A stretch of DNA of 64,000 nt from Acidobacteriota bacterium (GTDB taxonomy: Bacteria > Acidobacteriota > UBA6911 > RPQK01 > JAJDTT01), in contig CBDCJH010000002.1 in assembly GCA_965217775.1 (NCBI GenBank), positions 3,488,001-3,552,000 on the forward strand, read 5' to 3'. Made by a program: the position numbers and the translations under genes. Positions 18,140 through 28,649 of the stretch are shown in pieces. Position 1 is the first letter of the stretch; the number at the start of each line of letters is the position of its first letter. The notes beneath the pieces were generated by a model. The model was not told the origin of the DNA. It saw nothing but the letters and a program-made list of their open reading frames with translations, and did no database searches.

Positions 18140-20098
18140 ATGTTGCTGCGCCGGGCCCGCCAGAGCGAGGCGTTGTTCCGGGAATTCGTGCGCGAACGAT
18201 TTTCCCTGGAGCTGGGGTCCGCCGCCGCCAAATCGCCGCCGAGGATCGAGTTCGGGGACCTGGCCTTCGCCTTTCCCTTCGAGTTGGCCCGAAGCCTGCG
18301 GCGAGCTCCCCGTGACATCGCCCTGGAGATCGCCGGCAACTTCCGGATGCCCCCCTGGATGGAAAGGGTCGAGGCGGCCGGTGGCTACGTCAACGTCTTT
18401 TTGAAGCGGGATCGATTCCTGGCCGATCTCCAAGGCTCACTTTCCGAACCGCCGGAACCGGCACGCGGACCGAAGATCATCGTCGAGCACACCAATATCA
18501 ATCCCAACAAGGCGGCTCACATCGGGCATCTCCGGAACGCGGTCCTGGGCGACACCTTCGGCCGCCTGTTGCGATCCCGGGGCCATTCGGTGGAGATTCA
18601 GAACTACATCGACGACACCGGCGTTCAAGTCGCCGACGTCGTGGTTGGATTCCAGCAGTTGCGGAATTTGAGCTTGGAGCAGGTCCAGGCGATTCCCGAA
18701 CCCTTCGATTACTACTGCTGGGACCTGTACGCCCGAGTCTGCGACTGGTATGGACAGGAGGACTCGCGCCTCGAACATCGCCGCCGCACCCTTCGAGAGA
18801 TCGAGGAGGGAGAGGGCGTGACCGGCCGGATGGCCGAGCACATTTCCCTCCGAATCGTGAACGCCCACCTGCGAACCATGTGGCGCATCGGCGTCCGTTA
18901 CGACGTCCTTCCCCGCGAAAGCCAGATTCTGAGGGAGAAATTCTGGGACGAGGCCTTCGACCGGCTCAAGCAGCGCAAGGCCATCACCCACGTTGCGGAC
19001 GGACCCAATCGAGGTTGCTGGGTGATGCGGCTTCCAGGCGAGAACGGTCAGCCTGCGGAGGAGAAGATCATCGTCCGCAGCGACGGGACCGTCACCTACG
19101 TGGGTAAGGACATCGCCTATCAGCTCTGGAAATTCGGCTTGCTGGAGAAGAGCTTTCGCTACCGGGTCGTGCGCCGTTACCCGGACCGGGGCCAGGTCTG
19201 GATGACCAGTTCCGGCGGAGCCTCCGACGTCGAGAAGGACTTCGGAGGCGGCCAGAGTGTCTACAACGTCATCGACGTTCGCCAATCCTACCTGCAGCGG
19301 GTGGTGGTCCACGGCCTTCGCAGCCTGGGCCACGAAGTCCCCGCCGACCATTCCACCCACTTTTCCTACGAGATGGTGGCTCTCTCCCTCAAGTGCAGCC
19401 GTGAACTGGGGATCGAGCTCTCGGAGGCGGATCGGGCCAGGCCCTACGTAGAGGTCTCCGGACGCAAGGGACTGGGGGTCAAGGCCGACGACCTGGTGGA
19501 CAAGCTCATCGAGAAGTCACTCCTGGAAGTGGCCGGCCGCCAGCCGGACCTGACCCACGAGGCGCGTTTGCGGATCGCCACCCAGATCGCTGTTGGAGCC
19601 CTACGGTATTTCCTCCTCAAATATGCCCGCAACTCGGTCATCGCCTTCGACTTCCGGGAGGCCCTGAGCTTCGAGGGAGAGACCGGCCCCTATCTGCAAT
19701 ATTCGGTGGTGCGCGCCAACAACATCTTCCGCAAGCTGCGGTCCCAGGGGGGCGGCACGGTGGATCGGGGGCAGGAGGATCTGCCGAAGTACCTGCGGGA
19801 GCATCCGGAGCGGTTCGCCGATCTGCTTCAGGACGATCAGATCTGGAAGTTGTTGCTTCAGGCCGGAAGGTCCGAAGGCGCCATCGAACAGTCGCTCAAG
19901 ACCCTGGAAATGTCCTATCTGGCCAAGCACGCCTTCTCGCTGGCCCAGATCTTCAACATCTTCTACCATAGCCATCACATCCTTTCGCAGAAGGACTCGC
20001 GGAAGCAGACCTGTTATCTGGCGGTGGCGGATACGGCGCGCCGGGCCATGACGCGGTCTCTCGCACTCCTGGGTATCGAAGTTCCGGAAAGAATGTAG
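18140..20098 (+). CDS. argS: Arginine--tRNA ligase
   Basis: FGDLA, VEHTNINPNKAAHIGHLRN, SGRKG, FEGETGPYLQY, ends VPERM. Confidence 0.96.
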   Translation: MLLRRARQSEALFREFVRERFSLELGSAAAKSPPRIEFGDLAFAFPFELARSLRRAPRDIALEIAGNFRMPPWMERVEAAGGYVNVFLKRDRFLADLQGSLSEPPEPARGPKIIVEHTNINPNKAAHIGHLRNAVLGDTFGRLLRSRGHSVEIQNYIDDTGVQVADVVVGFQQLRNLSLEQVQAIPEPFDYYCWDLYARVCDWYGQEDSRLEHRRRTLREIEEGEGVTGRMAEHISLRIVNAHLRTMWRIGVRYDVLPRESQILREKFWDEAFDRLKQRKAITHVADGPNRGCWVMRLPGENGQPAEEKIIVRSDGTVTYVGKDIAYQLWKFGLLEKSFRYRVVRRYPDRGQVWMTSSGGASDVEKDFGGGQSVYNVIDVRQSYLQRVVVHGLRSLGHEVPADHSTHFSYEMVALSLKCSRELGIELSEADRARPYVEVSGRKGLGVKADDLVDKLIEKSLLEVAGRQPDLTHEARLRIATQIAVGALRYFLLKYARNSVIAFDFREALSFEGETGPYLQYSVVRANNIFRKLRSQGGGTVDRGQEDLPKYLREHPERFADLLQDDQIWKLLLQAGRSEGAIEQSLKTLEMSYLAKHAFSLAQIFNIFYHSHHILSQKDSRKQTCYLAVADTARRAMTRSLALLGIEVPERM

Positions 20099-20100
20099 GC

Positions 20101-21177
20101 ATGTCCTGCGTTTTCCAGATTCCGTTCCTGCTGCTGCTGGCATCGCTTGCTGCCGGGTCAGCCTCCGAGACTCTACCGCCGCTGGAGCAGGTCTTAACCC
20201 TGTACGAGATGCGCCTCTATCGGGGGAAGAACGACTACAAGTCTCACATGAACCTTTTTCGGAAGGCCCTGGAGCGGAACTCCAAGCTTCTGGCAGCCTC
20301 CGGGAAGGAATCGGAACTCAGGTCCGTCCTGAGGGTGCTGGCGGACATGAGAGCCCTCTCCGAACATGCTCTTCTGGAAACCCCCACCCGTGAGAAGGAC
20401 GGCCGCTCCAGGGAAGCGAAACGCCTGGAAATACGGGCGAGGCGCATCGTGGAGGCGATGGAGGACCTCAAGCTCGCCCTGCCCTTTGAATATCGAGACG
20501 ATTTCGACGACTGTATCCGATCTCTGGAAAAGCTGCGCAAGCACCTCCTGGATCAACTCTTTGGCCGGTTGACCCCGGCGGACACCCGGTCTGCGCCCGG
20601 AATCGCTCACGGCCTGCTGCCTTTTACGCCGGCATTCCCGGCGGTCTCCTTTTCCCAGTCGGCAGACGGTTTCACCGACGAGGAATACACCAAGATCCAA
20701 AGGGCGCAGAAACTGGACAGGCGAACCCGTGTTTTCCTGAAGATTGCGGAAGATCGCCTGGAGGCGCTGGAAGAGCGCTGGACCCGACTGACGGGGAAAG
20801 AGCCTCCGGTGACCGGGAAAAAGCGGAAGAAAAAAAAGAACAAGAAGAAGAAAGGCCGGAACGGGGAGGACGAGGGTCCACTGACGTTCCATGCCCACTG
20901 GGAATTGCTCCATGCCTACGAGCGAGCCATCGACGGCGTCATGATCAACATCGACGAGAAGGCAAACCAACGGCGGCTCTCGGAAGAGGAGATCCTGAAG
21001 GTCCTGAAGAGGTTCTGCGAGAACGTCCTCAAGTTCGAGCCGCGCCTGGAGACCATGGAGAAGCTGGCGGTCCAGTTGGATGACGATGACTATTGGCTGA
21101 CCCTGGAGGAGGCCAAGAAGACCACCGAGATCGCCCGCAAAGGATGCCGCCTGGGCCTGGGCGGAGACCTGGAATAG
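20101..21177 (+). CDS. Hypothetical secreted helical protein with a polybasic insert
   Basis: 358-aa ORF 2 nt after argS; signal-peptide-like N-terminus; KKRKKKKNKKKK tract. Confidence 0.7.
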   Translation: MSCVFQIPFLLLLASLAAGSASETLPPLEQVLTLYEMRLYRGKNDYKSHMNLFRKALERNSKLLAASGKESELRSVLRVLADMRALSEHALLETPTREKDGRSREAKRLEIRARRIVEAMEDLKLALPFEYRDDFDDCIRSLEKLRKHLLDQLFGRLTPADTRSAPGIAHGLLPFTPAFPAVSFSQSADGFTDEEYTKIQRAQKLDRRTRVFLKIAEDRLEALEERWTRLTGKEPPVTGKKRKKKKNKKKKGRNGEDEGPLTFHAHWELLHAYERAIDGVMINIDEKANQRRLSEEEILKVLKRFCENVLKFEPRLETMEKLAVQLDDDDYWLTLEEAKKTTEIARKGCRLGLGGDLE

Positions 21178-21245
21178 CGGCGGGCGCCCAGCGCGCCCCG
21201 CGGAACCCGGTTTCGGTCCATTCCGGGCGAAGTTCAATTCCGGCG

Positions 21246-21887
21246 TCACAGCTCCGAGTTCGGATGCGGCCGCTCGATCGCCCGCTTCAACCACGTGATC
21301 CCTGCCAGGCCGGCGGCCCCGCAGCCCGCGATACGGTTCAGGTCCGACTCCACGACACCTCCCAGGGCGAATACCGGAATTTCCACGGAGAGGGCGATGC
21401 GCTCCAGGGCCGGGAAACCCAGCGCCGGTGCACGCGACTCTTTGGAGAGCGGATCCAGAACGGGGCTCACCAGTACGTAGTCGGCTCCCTCCGCGGCCGC
21501 CCGCAGCACGTCATCACCGCTGTGAGTCGACTTGCCCAGGAGAAACGACGCGTTTCCATACCGATCCCGGAGTCGGATGGCGTGGGACAGCGCCTGCTTC
21601 GAAGTCAGGTGGCTTCCGTCGGCCCCTTCCTGAAGGGCCAGCTCCACATGGGTGTTGACCAGAAACACTTTTCCGCTTCGGCCCGCCAACTCGACACCGT
21701 GCCTTACCCAGGTGCGGCTCTCCGCCGGCGAGAGGTCCTTTTCCCGAAACTGAAGGATGTGCGCTGGACTCCTGAAGATCCGGTCCAGATACTCCTCCGG
21801 CGCCAAACCGGGAAACGCGACGCGATCTGAGATGCCGTAGAGATAGGGTGGCCTATGTCTTCGGAAAATATCGCTGATAATGGACAA
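21246..21887 (-). CDS. Thiamine phosphate synthase/TenI family protein
   Basis: LQFREKDL, ADGSHL, GKSTHS, ADYVLVSPV, PVFALGG. Confidence 0.85.
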   Translation of the reverse strand: MSIISDIFRRHRPPYLYGISDRVAFPGLAPEEYLDRIFRSPAHILQFREKDLSPAESRTWVRHGVELAGRSGKVFLVNTHVELALQEGADGSHLTSKQALSHAIRLRDRYGNASFLLGKSTHSGDDVLRAAAEGADYVLVSPVLDPLSKESRAPALGFPALERIALSVEIPVFALGGVVESDLNRIAGCGAAGLAGITWLKRAIERPHPNSEL

Positions 21888-22095
21888 CTTCCCACGTCCC
21901 CAAAATCAGGTTGGCCAGCCCCAGACCGGAAACCGCGCCACGAACGAAGTTGTTGAGCATGATCAGCCGGAGCCAGGGGTAGATTTCCAGCAGCGAATTC
22001 TGGCTCCACTGATCCCACCAGGGAAACAGGAGTAGAAAGATCCCGACCTCAAAGCAGTAGAGCACGTAGAGACCAAACAGGACCTTCTGAATCAT
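21853..22095 (-). CDS. Small hypothetical membrane protein
   Basis: Two hydrophobic segments (YCFEVGIFLLLFPW; RGAVSGLGLANLILG). Confidence 0.7.
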   Translation of the reverse strand: MIQKVLFGLYVLYCFEVGIFLLLFPWWDQWSQNSLLEIYPWLRLIMLNNFVRGAVSGLGLANLILGTWEVVHYQRYFPKT

Positions 22096-22152
22096 GAACC
22101 GCCGTTTGACACCGACTGCGGAATGCCCCCGAGAAATGTCGACAGTCCGTGG

Positions 22153-22320
22153 CCTAGGAGTCTGCGCCGTAGGAATGATCGAAGCGAGAAAGTGGGGAAT
22201 CGAGGCCAGATTTTCTCGATTTGGAGGTGCATAGTCGTTCTATTCGCCGAGAAATCGAGGAAATATGGACCGATTCACCGCTTTCGCAGTAGATCAATTT
22301 CTGCGGCGCAGGCTCCTGGG
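22153..22320. mobile_element. Putative MITE (~168 bp)
   Basis: Imperfect ~28-bp terminal inverted repeats: cctaggagtctgcgccgtaggaatgatc vs reverse complement cccaggagcctgcgccgcagaaattgatc; no credible ORF inside. Confidence 0.65.
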
Positions 22321-22463
22321 TCTCCTTCAGCAACGAACCCGGCGACGCGCTCCCGGGACCGGATGCGATGGACGGTCCTGCCAGGCGTCATTTGCCGAGG
22401 AGCAACGGCGTCCACGGGAATTTCGCGCCGGGGGGAGGCCGAGACGAGTCCCGCCACGGGCGG

Positions 22464-22805
22464 TCAGCGTTTTTCCCGGATCCTGGCCTTCTTCCCCTTG
22501 CGCTGGCGCAGATAGTAGAGCTTGGCTCGCCGGACTCGTCCTCTGCGCAAGACCTGCACGCTCTCGATCAACGGGGAGTGAAAGGGAAAAATGCGCTCCA
22601 CGCCGTAGCCGAACGAGATCCTGCGAACCGTGAAGGTGGAACCCAGGCCCCGCCTGCGAATGGCGATGACGACTCCCTCGAAGGGCTGCACGCGAATCTT
22701 GTTGCCTTCCCTGATTTTGAAGTTGACCCGCACCGTATCTCCGGGTCCGAAATCCGGGATCCCATCCCTCAACTGCGGCTGTTCGACCAGTTGTATCGGA
22801 TTCAT
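22464..22805 (-). CDS. rplS: 50S ribosomal protein L19
   Basis: [34 protein letters not shown]. Confidence 0.98.
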   Translation of the reverse strand: MNPIQLVEQPQLRDGIPDFGPGDTVRVNFKIREGNKIRVQPFEGVVIAIRRRGLGSTFTVRRISFGYGVERIFPFHSPLIESVQVLRRGRVRRAKLYYLRQRKGKKARIREKR

Positions 22806-22815
22806 GACTCCACCC

Positions 22816-23520
22816 TTATCCTTTCGGCCTGCCGGAACGCGATCCGGACGCGAGCAAATCGGGCCTGCGATCCCGAGTACGTCTCAGAGCCTGTTCCTCC
22901 CGCCAGGAACGTATCTCTGCATGGTTCCCCGACAGCAGGACCTCGGGGACGGGCCGATCCCGGTAGGTGGCCGGCCGGGTGTACTGAGGATAGTCCAACA
23001 ACCCGGTGGCAAACGATTCCTGCTCCAATGAAGCCGGCTTGCCCACCACGCCCGGGACCAGTCGCACGATAGCGTCCACCATCAGCAGGGCCGGCAGTTC
23101 GCCTCCCGTGACCACGAAGTCCCCCATCGAGATCTCTTCGTCCACCAGATCATCCAACGCTCGCTGATCCACTCCCTCGTAACGCCCACAAATGAACGTC
23201 AGATGGGATTTCCGGGACAACTCCACCGCCTTCTCCTGCGTGAACCGGCTTCCTTGCGGACTCGGATACACGACCCAAGGCTTCCGCTGACCCTGGCGGC
23301 ACCGTTCCACCGCGCGGAACAGGGGTTCGGGTTTGAACACCATCCCCTCCCCCCCTCCGTAGGGCCGATCGTCCACCGTCCGGCGCCTGTCCGTCGTAAA
23401 TTCCCTGAGGTCGACCAACTCCAGGCGAAACAACCCCTTTCGGATCGCCTGGTGCAGGATACCGTAATCGAAAAATCCCTGACACATCCCAGGGAAAATG
23501 GTGATGACGTCTACCTGCAT
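22816..23520 (-). CDS. trmD: tRNA (guanine37-N1)-methyltransferase
   Basis: [38 protein letters not shown]; start trimmed to MQVDVITIF. Confidence 0.97.
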   Translation of the reverse strand: MQVDVITIFPGMCQGFFDYGILHQAIRKGLFRLELVDLREFTTDRRRTVDDRPYGGGEGMVFKPEPLFRAVERCRQGQRKPWVVYPSPQGSRFTQEKAVELSRKSHLTFICGRYEGVDQRALDDLVDEEISMGDFVVTGGELPALLMVDAIVRLVPGVVGKPASLEQESFATGLLDYPQYTRPATYRDRPVPEVLLSGNHAEIRSWREEQALRRTRDRRPDLLASGSRSGRPKG

Positions 23521-23579
23521 TTCAGAAGGAACTCCTGCAAACCGGCCGGGTGGTCCGCAGTCCATTGCGCTACGAGTTG

Positions 23580-24095
23580 CTAACTCGAAGGAGCCAATCC
23601 CGGGGGAAGATCCACCTGGATGACCCCCCGGTCCAGATCCACATCCCGAACGAATGCCCGCGCCATGGGGATCATCAGTTCCCGACCGTTCCCGTCCCGG
23701 ACCACCAGATTCACGCCTTCGGCTCCAGTACGAAACAATTCGAGGACCACCCCCAGCTTGCGCCCCTTCTGCTCGACTCTCAAACCCAGGAGATCAGACT
23801 CGTAGAACGCGCCTTCCGGGAGCGGCATGCGCTCCTCCAAGGGGATCCGGACCTCTCCGCCAATCAACTCCCGGACCTGTTCGGGTCGTTCCCGGCCCCG
23901 AAATTTGAGCAGCACGCGACCCTTGTGAAAACGAGCAGACTCGATGACCTCCCGGTACTGCACGTCGGGAAGGGCCACCCGGACACTGGCCGTGGAGGAG
24001 AATCGCTCCGGGAAGTCCGTCAGAATCTCCGCGGAAACCTCACCACGTATTCCCCTCGCCTTGAGGATGAGGGCTATGGCGATGAATTGACTCAA
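23580..24095 (-). CDS. rimM: Ribosome maturation factor RimM
   Basis: KARGIRGEV, FYESDLLGL, PRC barrel; conserved rpsP-khpA-rimM-trmD order. Confidence 0.95.
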   Translation of the reverse strand: MSQFIAIALILKARGIRGEVSAEILTDFPERFSSTASVRVALPDVQYREVIESARFHKGRVLLKFRGRERPEQVRELIGGEVRIPLEERMPLPEGAFYESDLLGLRVEQKGRKLGVVLELFRTGAEGVNLVVRDGNGRELMIPMARAFVRDVDLDRGVIQVDLPPGLAPSS

Positions 24096-24326
24096 TTACT
24101 CAAGAATTTCCAGGACGAACCTCTTGCGCAGCTTCATCCCTGCCGCGCCCAACAACGTCCGAATGGCCCGGGCGGTTCGTCCCTGCCTGCCGATGACCTT
24201 GCCGAGATCATGCTGCGCGACCCTCAGTTCAAGCACGGTGGTCTGTTCCCCCACCACCTCGTTCACTCGAACTTCTTCCGGATCGTCGACCAGCGTCTTC
24301 GCGATCATCTCGACAAGCTCTCTCAT
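24096..24326 (-). CDS. khpA: KH-domain RNA-binding protein KhpA
   Basis: [20 protein letters not shown]. Confidence 0.95.
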   Translation of the reverse strand: MRELVEMIAKTLVDDPEEVRVNEVVGEQTTVLELRVAQHDLGKVIGRQGRTARAIRTLLGAAGMKLRKRFVLEILE

Positions 24327-24412
24327 AGTTGCCTCCTGGCAGCGGGACCGGGAGCCCGTGGCTGGATGCCGCTACGGCATGCGCACGAAGCTGCCCGTGA
24401 CCTTCACCCGGC

Positions 24413-24661
24413 TCATGGCTGCTCTTGCTGCCGCACCCTGCTGATCAGGCTGTCGACCCTACCCGAAGGCTGAGCACCCAGTTGCACCCAGTGGTCGATC
24501 CGCTCCAGATTCAGTTTGAGGCGAACCGGTTTGAGAGCCGGATTGTAATACCCCAGGATTTCAATAAAGCGCCCATCCCTGGGACTGGTGCGCTCGGCCA
24601 CCACAACCCGATAATGGGGATCCTTCTTGGCACCGTGTCGACTTAAACGTATTCTCAACAA
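24413..24661 (-). CDS. rpsP: 30S ribosomal protein S16
   Basis: IRLSRHGAKK.P.YRVVVA..SPRDGRFIE.LG.YNP. Confidence 0.98.
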   Translation of the reverse strand: MLRIRLSRHGAKKDPHYRVVVAERTSPRDGRFIEILGYYNPALKPVRLKLNLERIDHWVQLGAQPSGRVDSLISRVRQQEQP

Positions 24662-24704
24662 TGGAATACCTCCAACAAAACCTGCATTTTATCAAAAAGA
24701 GACA

Positions 24705-26036
24705 TTAGAAGGGGAAGTTGGTGCGACCCCGCGACCGGCCCGAAAAGCCCCGCTTCATCCGCTTCATCATGGTTCGAGTCTGCAGATACTGTTTGAGGAG
24801 GCGGTTGACGTCGGACACCGTCCGCCCGCTGCCGCGGGCGATCCGGCGGCGGCGGGAACCCTTGATGATCCTGGGGTTTGCCCGCTCCAGGGGAGTCATG
24901 GAGTTGATGATGGCCTCCATGGTGTCCAGTTGCTTTTCTTCGACCTGGACCTGTCCCATCCCCTTGAACAGACCTCCCTGCGGGAGCATGCCCAGAATCT
25001 GTTCCAGTGGTCCGAGCTTGCGGAGCTGACGCAGTTGGGACCTGAAGTCGTCCAGGGTGAACTCATCCCTTTGGATCTTCTCCAGAATCTTCCGGCTGTC
25101 TTGCGGCGTCACCGCCGCCTGAGCCTTCTCGATGAGGCGGAGGACATCCCCCTGGCCCAGGATCCGGCCGGCCATCCGCTCCGGATGAAAGGTTTCGAAG
25201 GCGCCGTAGTCCTCACCGGTACCGATGAATTTGATGGGTTGACCCGTGACGGTGCGGATCGAGAGGGCTGCTCCGCCGCGGGCGTCCCCATCCATCTTGG
25301 TGAGGACCACACCGGAAAGCTCGAGCCGGTCTCCAAAGCTCTTGGCCGACCGGACGGCATCCTGACCGGTCATGGCATCGGCGACCAGAAGAATTTCGTG
25401 CGCTCCCACGCCGCCCACGATCTCCTGCAACTCGGTCATGAGCTCGTCATCCACGTGGAGACGGCCTGCGGTGTCGATGAGCAAGGGGTCGTACCCCATG
25501 TTTCGGGCCCGTTTTTTGGCCATTTGCGCTCGCCGAACCGGGTCTCGGGTCGGGGGGTCCTCCACCTCTATCCCGATGGCCGAGCCCACTACCGAGAGTT
25601 GATGGATGGCCGCCGGCCGGCGGACATCCGTCGACACCATCAGGGGCCGTCGGTCCTTGGCCTTGAGCCATCGCGCCAGTTTACCCGTCGTCGTGGTCTT
25701 GCCGCTCCCTTGCAGACCGGCCAGAACGATAACGGTCGGCCTTCGAGTTCCCTTGGCCAACCCGGCCGCCTCCGATCCAAGGAGACGAGTAAGCTCCTCG
25801 TTGACGATCTTCACGACCTGTTGGCCCGGCGTCAGGCTGCGCATCACTTCCTGCCCCAGGGCCTTTTCCCTGATGCCGGAGATGAACGACTTGACCACGC
25901 CGAAATGGACGTCGGCCTCCAGCAAGGCGATGCGAATCTGGCGCAGAGAGGCATTCAGGTGCGCCTTGGAGACGCGCCCCTCCCCTTTGAGGTCCCTCAG
26001 AATCTTCTGGAGCCGGGAGGACAAATTTTCGAACAT
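24705..26036 (-). CDS. ffh: Signal recognition particle protein
   Basis: MFENLS, GLQGSGKTTT, DTAGR, TKMDGDARGGAALS, SRRRRIARGSG. Confidence 0.98.
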   Translation of the reverse strand: MFENLSSRLQKILRDLKGEGRVSKAHLNASLRQIRIALLEADVHFGVVKSFISGIREKALGQEVMRSLTPGQQVVKIVNEELTRLLGSEAAGLAKGTRRPTVIVLAGLQGSGKTTTTGKLARWLKAKDRRPLMVSTDVRRPAAIHQLSVVGSAIGIEVEDPPTRDPVRRAQMAKKRARNMGYDPLLIDTAGRLHVDDELMTELQEIVGGVGAHEILLVADAMTGQDAVRSAKSFGDRLELSGVVLTKMDGDARGGAALSIRTVTGQPIKFIGTGEDYGAFETFHPERMAGRILGQGDVLRLIEKAQAAVTPQDSRKILEKIQRDEFTLDDFRSQLRQLRKLGPLEQILGMLPQGGLFKGMGQVQVEEKQLDTMEAIINSMTPLERANPRIIKGSRRRRIARGSGRTVSDVNRLLKQYLQTRTMMKRMKRGFSGRSRGRTNFPF

Positions 26037-26166
26037 GTCGTCAGCCTCGAACGGTCGGCGTCATTCTATCGTGCCTGTCAAACCGAGGCTGCATCCGGTG
26101 GCCGAATGCCGGCGCGCCTGGCGTCCGGACTTGCTAGTCTGGTGGACGAAATTGGAGTCGCCGGGC

Positions 26167-28092
26167 ATGAGAGACTTTCTGGTCGGAACCGCCGGACACA
26201 TCGATCACGGCAAGACCACCCTCCTGAAAGCCTTGACGGGTATCGACGCCGACCGCCTGGAGGAAGAAAAGCGCCGCGGGATCACCATCGACATCGGCTT
26301 CGCCCACCTGTCCCTGGGTTCCTGCCGCATTGGGTTCGTCGACGTGCCGGGTCACGAAAAGCTGGTCAAGAACATGCTAGCCGGGATCGGCGGCATCGAT
26401 CTGGCTCTGCTCATCGTCGCCGCCGACGAATCGATCATGCCGCAGACGCTGGAGCACTTTCAGATCTGCCGGCTCCTGGACATTCCTGGAGGAATCGTCG
26501 CCCTCACCAAGTGCGATTCGGTGGAACCGGAACTTCTGTACCTGGTGCGGGAAGAGATTCGAGCGATGACCCGGGGCAGCTTCCTCGAGAACGGTCCCGT
26601 CATCGCCGTGGACAGCATCACGGGGAGCGGATTGGATTCGCTCAAGAGGATGTTGATCGAGCAGGCCGCCAAATCGGATCGAAACCGTGGTTCCCGGCAG
26701 GAAAGAGTGTTCCGGTTGCCGGTGGACCGGGTCTTCACCAAGCGAGGATTCGGGACGGTGGTGACCGGCACCCTGACCTCGGGAATCATCCGGAAGGAAG
26801 ACGCCGTTGCCGTCTATCCGTCCGGAAAGAGGGGCAGGATCCGGCGCATCGAGATCTTCAACCGGGAGGCCCCCGAGGTCGTGGCAGGACAGCGGACCGC
26901 GTTGAACCTCATGGGCCTGGGCAAGGACGACCTGAAACGGGGGATGGTCCTTTCCCGACCCGGAGGTCTTCGGCCGACTCGTTCTCTGGACGCCTCGATC
27001 AAGGTGCTGACGGGCGCTCCGCGACCGCTGAAACGAAGAACTCCAGTCCGCTTCCACCATGGAAGTGGACAGTGGCAGGGCCAGGTGTATCCGCTGGAAG
27101 GGAAAGCGGTGGCGCCCGGGCAGCGTGCGATGGTTCAGATACGGCTGGAGCAACCCGCGATGTGCTGGATTGGAGACCGATTCATTTTCAGGATGGACTC
27201 TCCGCCCGTCACCGCCGGAGGCGGAGTGGTGTTGGACGACATCCCGCCCAGACACCGGGCCCGGAATCTCCGCGGGGAGCTGCTGGCGTTGAAGGCGCTC
27301 CATTCGGGACTGGAAGCCGGCAGCCGCGACCCGGACCAGACCCGGCTCGAATTCCTGGTTCGATCCAAAGGGGAACGTGGGATTGACATCGACGAGTTGG
27401 CCGCCCGGACCGGCTCGCCGGGGAGGCGATTGCTGGGGCACCTGCAGCGCCTGCCGGAAATCGAGCTGGTGCCCCAGGAACCGTCTCTGGCAGTGACGCG
27501 GGCAGCCCTGCGAAATCTGGAAGAATCGATGCTCTCATACCTGGACGAGTTCCACTCCCGAAACCCGCTGGCCGCGGGCGTCTCCAGGGAGGAGCTTCGG
27601 AACCGTTTCCTGAAGTCCTCCAGTATCGACTACTTCCAGTACCTGCTGCGGCGACTGGAGTGCCGGGACCTGATCCGCATCGCCCGCTCCATCGTCATGC
27701 GGCGAGGTTGGGAGCCCCGTCTGAACCCGGCTCAGGAGGCAGTGGGACAGTCGATCCTGGGTGTTTTCGGGAGAAGCTTTCCCCGGCCTCCGACCCTGAC
27801 GGAGCTGAAGCGCCGGCTGCACCACCCGCCGTCCCGGACCGAAGAGGTCTACTTTTTCCTGATCCAACAAGGCGATCTGGTCCGGATCGGCGGGGAATTT
27901 GTCTTGGTCCCATCTCAAGTCGCCCGTCTCAGGAACGAATTCAAGAGCAAGTTCTCTCCCGGACAGTCGTTTTCGGTCCCCGAGTTCAAGGACTCCCTCG
28001 GGATCAGCCGAAAGTACGCCATCCCGTTCCTCGAGTATCTGGATCGAGAGGGGGTCACCCGGCGCCAGGGCGACGGAAGAGTCGTGCTTTGA
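26167..28092 (+). CDS. selB: Selenocysteine-specific elongation factor SelB
   Basis: [31 protein letters not shown]; C-terminal winged helix [13 protein letters not shown]. Confidence 0.97.
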   Translation: MRDFLVGTAGHIDHGKTTLLKALTGIDADRLEEEKRRGITIDIGFAHLSLGSCRIGFVDVPGHEKLVKNMLAGIGGIDLALLIVAADESIMPQTLEHFQICRLLDIPGGIVALTKCDSVEPELLYLVREEIRAMTRGSFLENGPVIAVDSITGSGLDSLKRMLIEQAAKSDRNRGSRQERVFRLPVDRVFTKRGFGTVVTGTLTSGIIRKEDAVAVYPSGKRGRIRRIEIFNREAPEVVAGQRTALNLMGLGKDDLKRGMVLSRPGGLRPTRSLDASIKVLTGAPRPLKRRTPVRFHHGSGQWQGQVYPLEGKAVAPGQRAMVQIRLEQPAMCWIGDRFIFRMDSPPVTAGGGVVLDDIPPRHRARNLRGELLALKALHSGLEAGSRDPDQTRLEFLVRSKGERGIDIDELAARTGSPGRRLLGHLQRLPEIELVPQEPSLAVTRAALRNLEESMLSYLDEFHSRNPLAAGVSREELRNRFLKSSSIDYFQYLLRRLECRDLIRIARSIVMRRGWEPRLNPAQEAVGQSILGVFGRSFPRPPTLTELKRRLHHPPSRTEEVYFFLIQQGDLVRIGGEFVLVPSQVARLRNEFKSKFSPGQSFSVPEFKDSLGISRKYAIPFLEYLDREGVTRRQGDGRVVL

Positions 28093-28179
28093 GCTTCCGC
28101 GCAACCAGCGCTGACGCCGGTCCGAAGAAATCCTTCCTGACCCGAATCTGAGGCTCATTTCCCAGCGAGCCTCAAAACT

Positions 28180-28556
28180 TCATAAACTGACCCGGGGTCA
28201 GGTCATCACCCCGCCGTTGGTCGGGGTCCACGATTCCTCCACCATCCAACAAGGCGATCCGGTCCGGGTCGGCGGGGATTTCGTCTTGACCCCAGTTCGG
28301 CGTAGCCGGAACTAAAACCTCTTCGCCGGAGCGGCGGGTTTCCAACCGCCGACTCTTGGTCTGGCGCCGTCGTGCTCCGCTTTGGACCGAAGAGGGCACC
28401 CACAAGGGGAGCCCCTACGGATTAGTCTTCGTCAATTTTCACGAGAATTCGACGACTCCCTCGGGATCAGCCGCAAGTACGCCATCCCGTTTCTCGAGTA
28501 TCCGGATCGAGAGGGAATCACGCGGCGCCAGGGAGACGGGCGAGTGGTATTTTGAG
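28180..28556 (+). pseudogene. Degenerate duplicate: spondin-gene fragment (~28180-28243) then selB 3' end (28244-28556)
   Basis: GQVITPPLVGVHDSST mirrors SQIITPPVVAMHNAST of the downstream gene; atccaacaaggcgatc... and gactccctcgggatcagccg.aagtacgccatcccgtt.ctcgagtatc.ggatcgagaggg match selB 27862-28093. Confidence 0.85.
28393..28418 (-). repeat. GTAG-family REP-like palindrome
   Basis: Minus strand GTAGGGGCTCCCCTTGTGGGTGCCCT: GTAG tetramer followed by an imperfect hairpin. Confidence 0.7.
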
Positions 28557-28649
28557 ACTCGGCGCGGCTGTTTTCCCGGGGACGATTTCGGGTCGGAGCG
28601 GATCCGATCTTCCCGGGATGAAGACCTGTCAACCAACAGGGAGAATCCC

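Noticed and set aside
24627-27386. 919-aa ORF over ffh/selB, and similar long ORFs (10109-12205, 14175-16013, 28695-31028, 36511-38172, 42747-44669, 57872-60067)
   Set aside because: Antisense or alternate-frame shadows of well-identified genes
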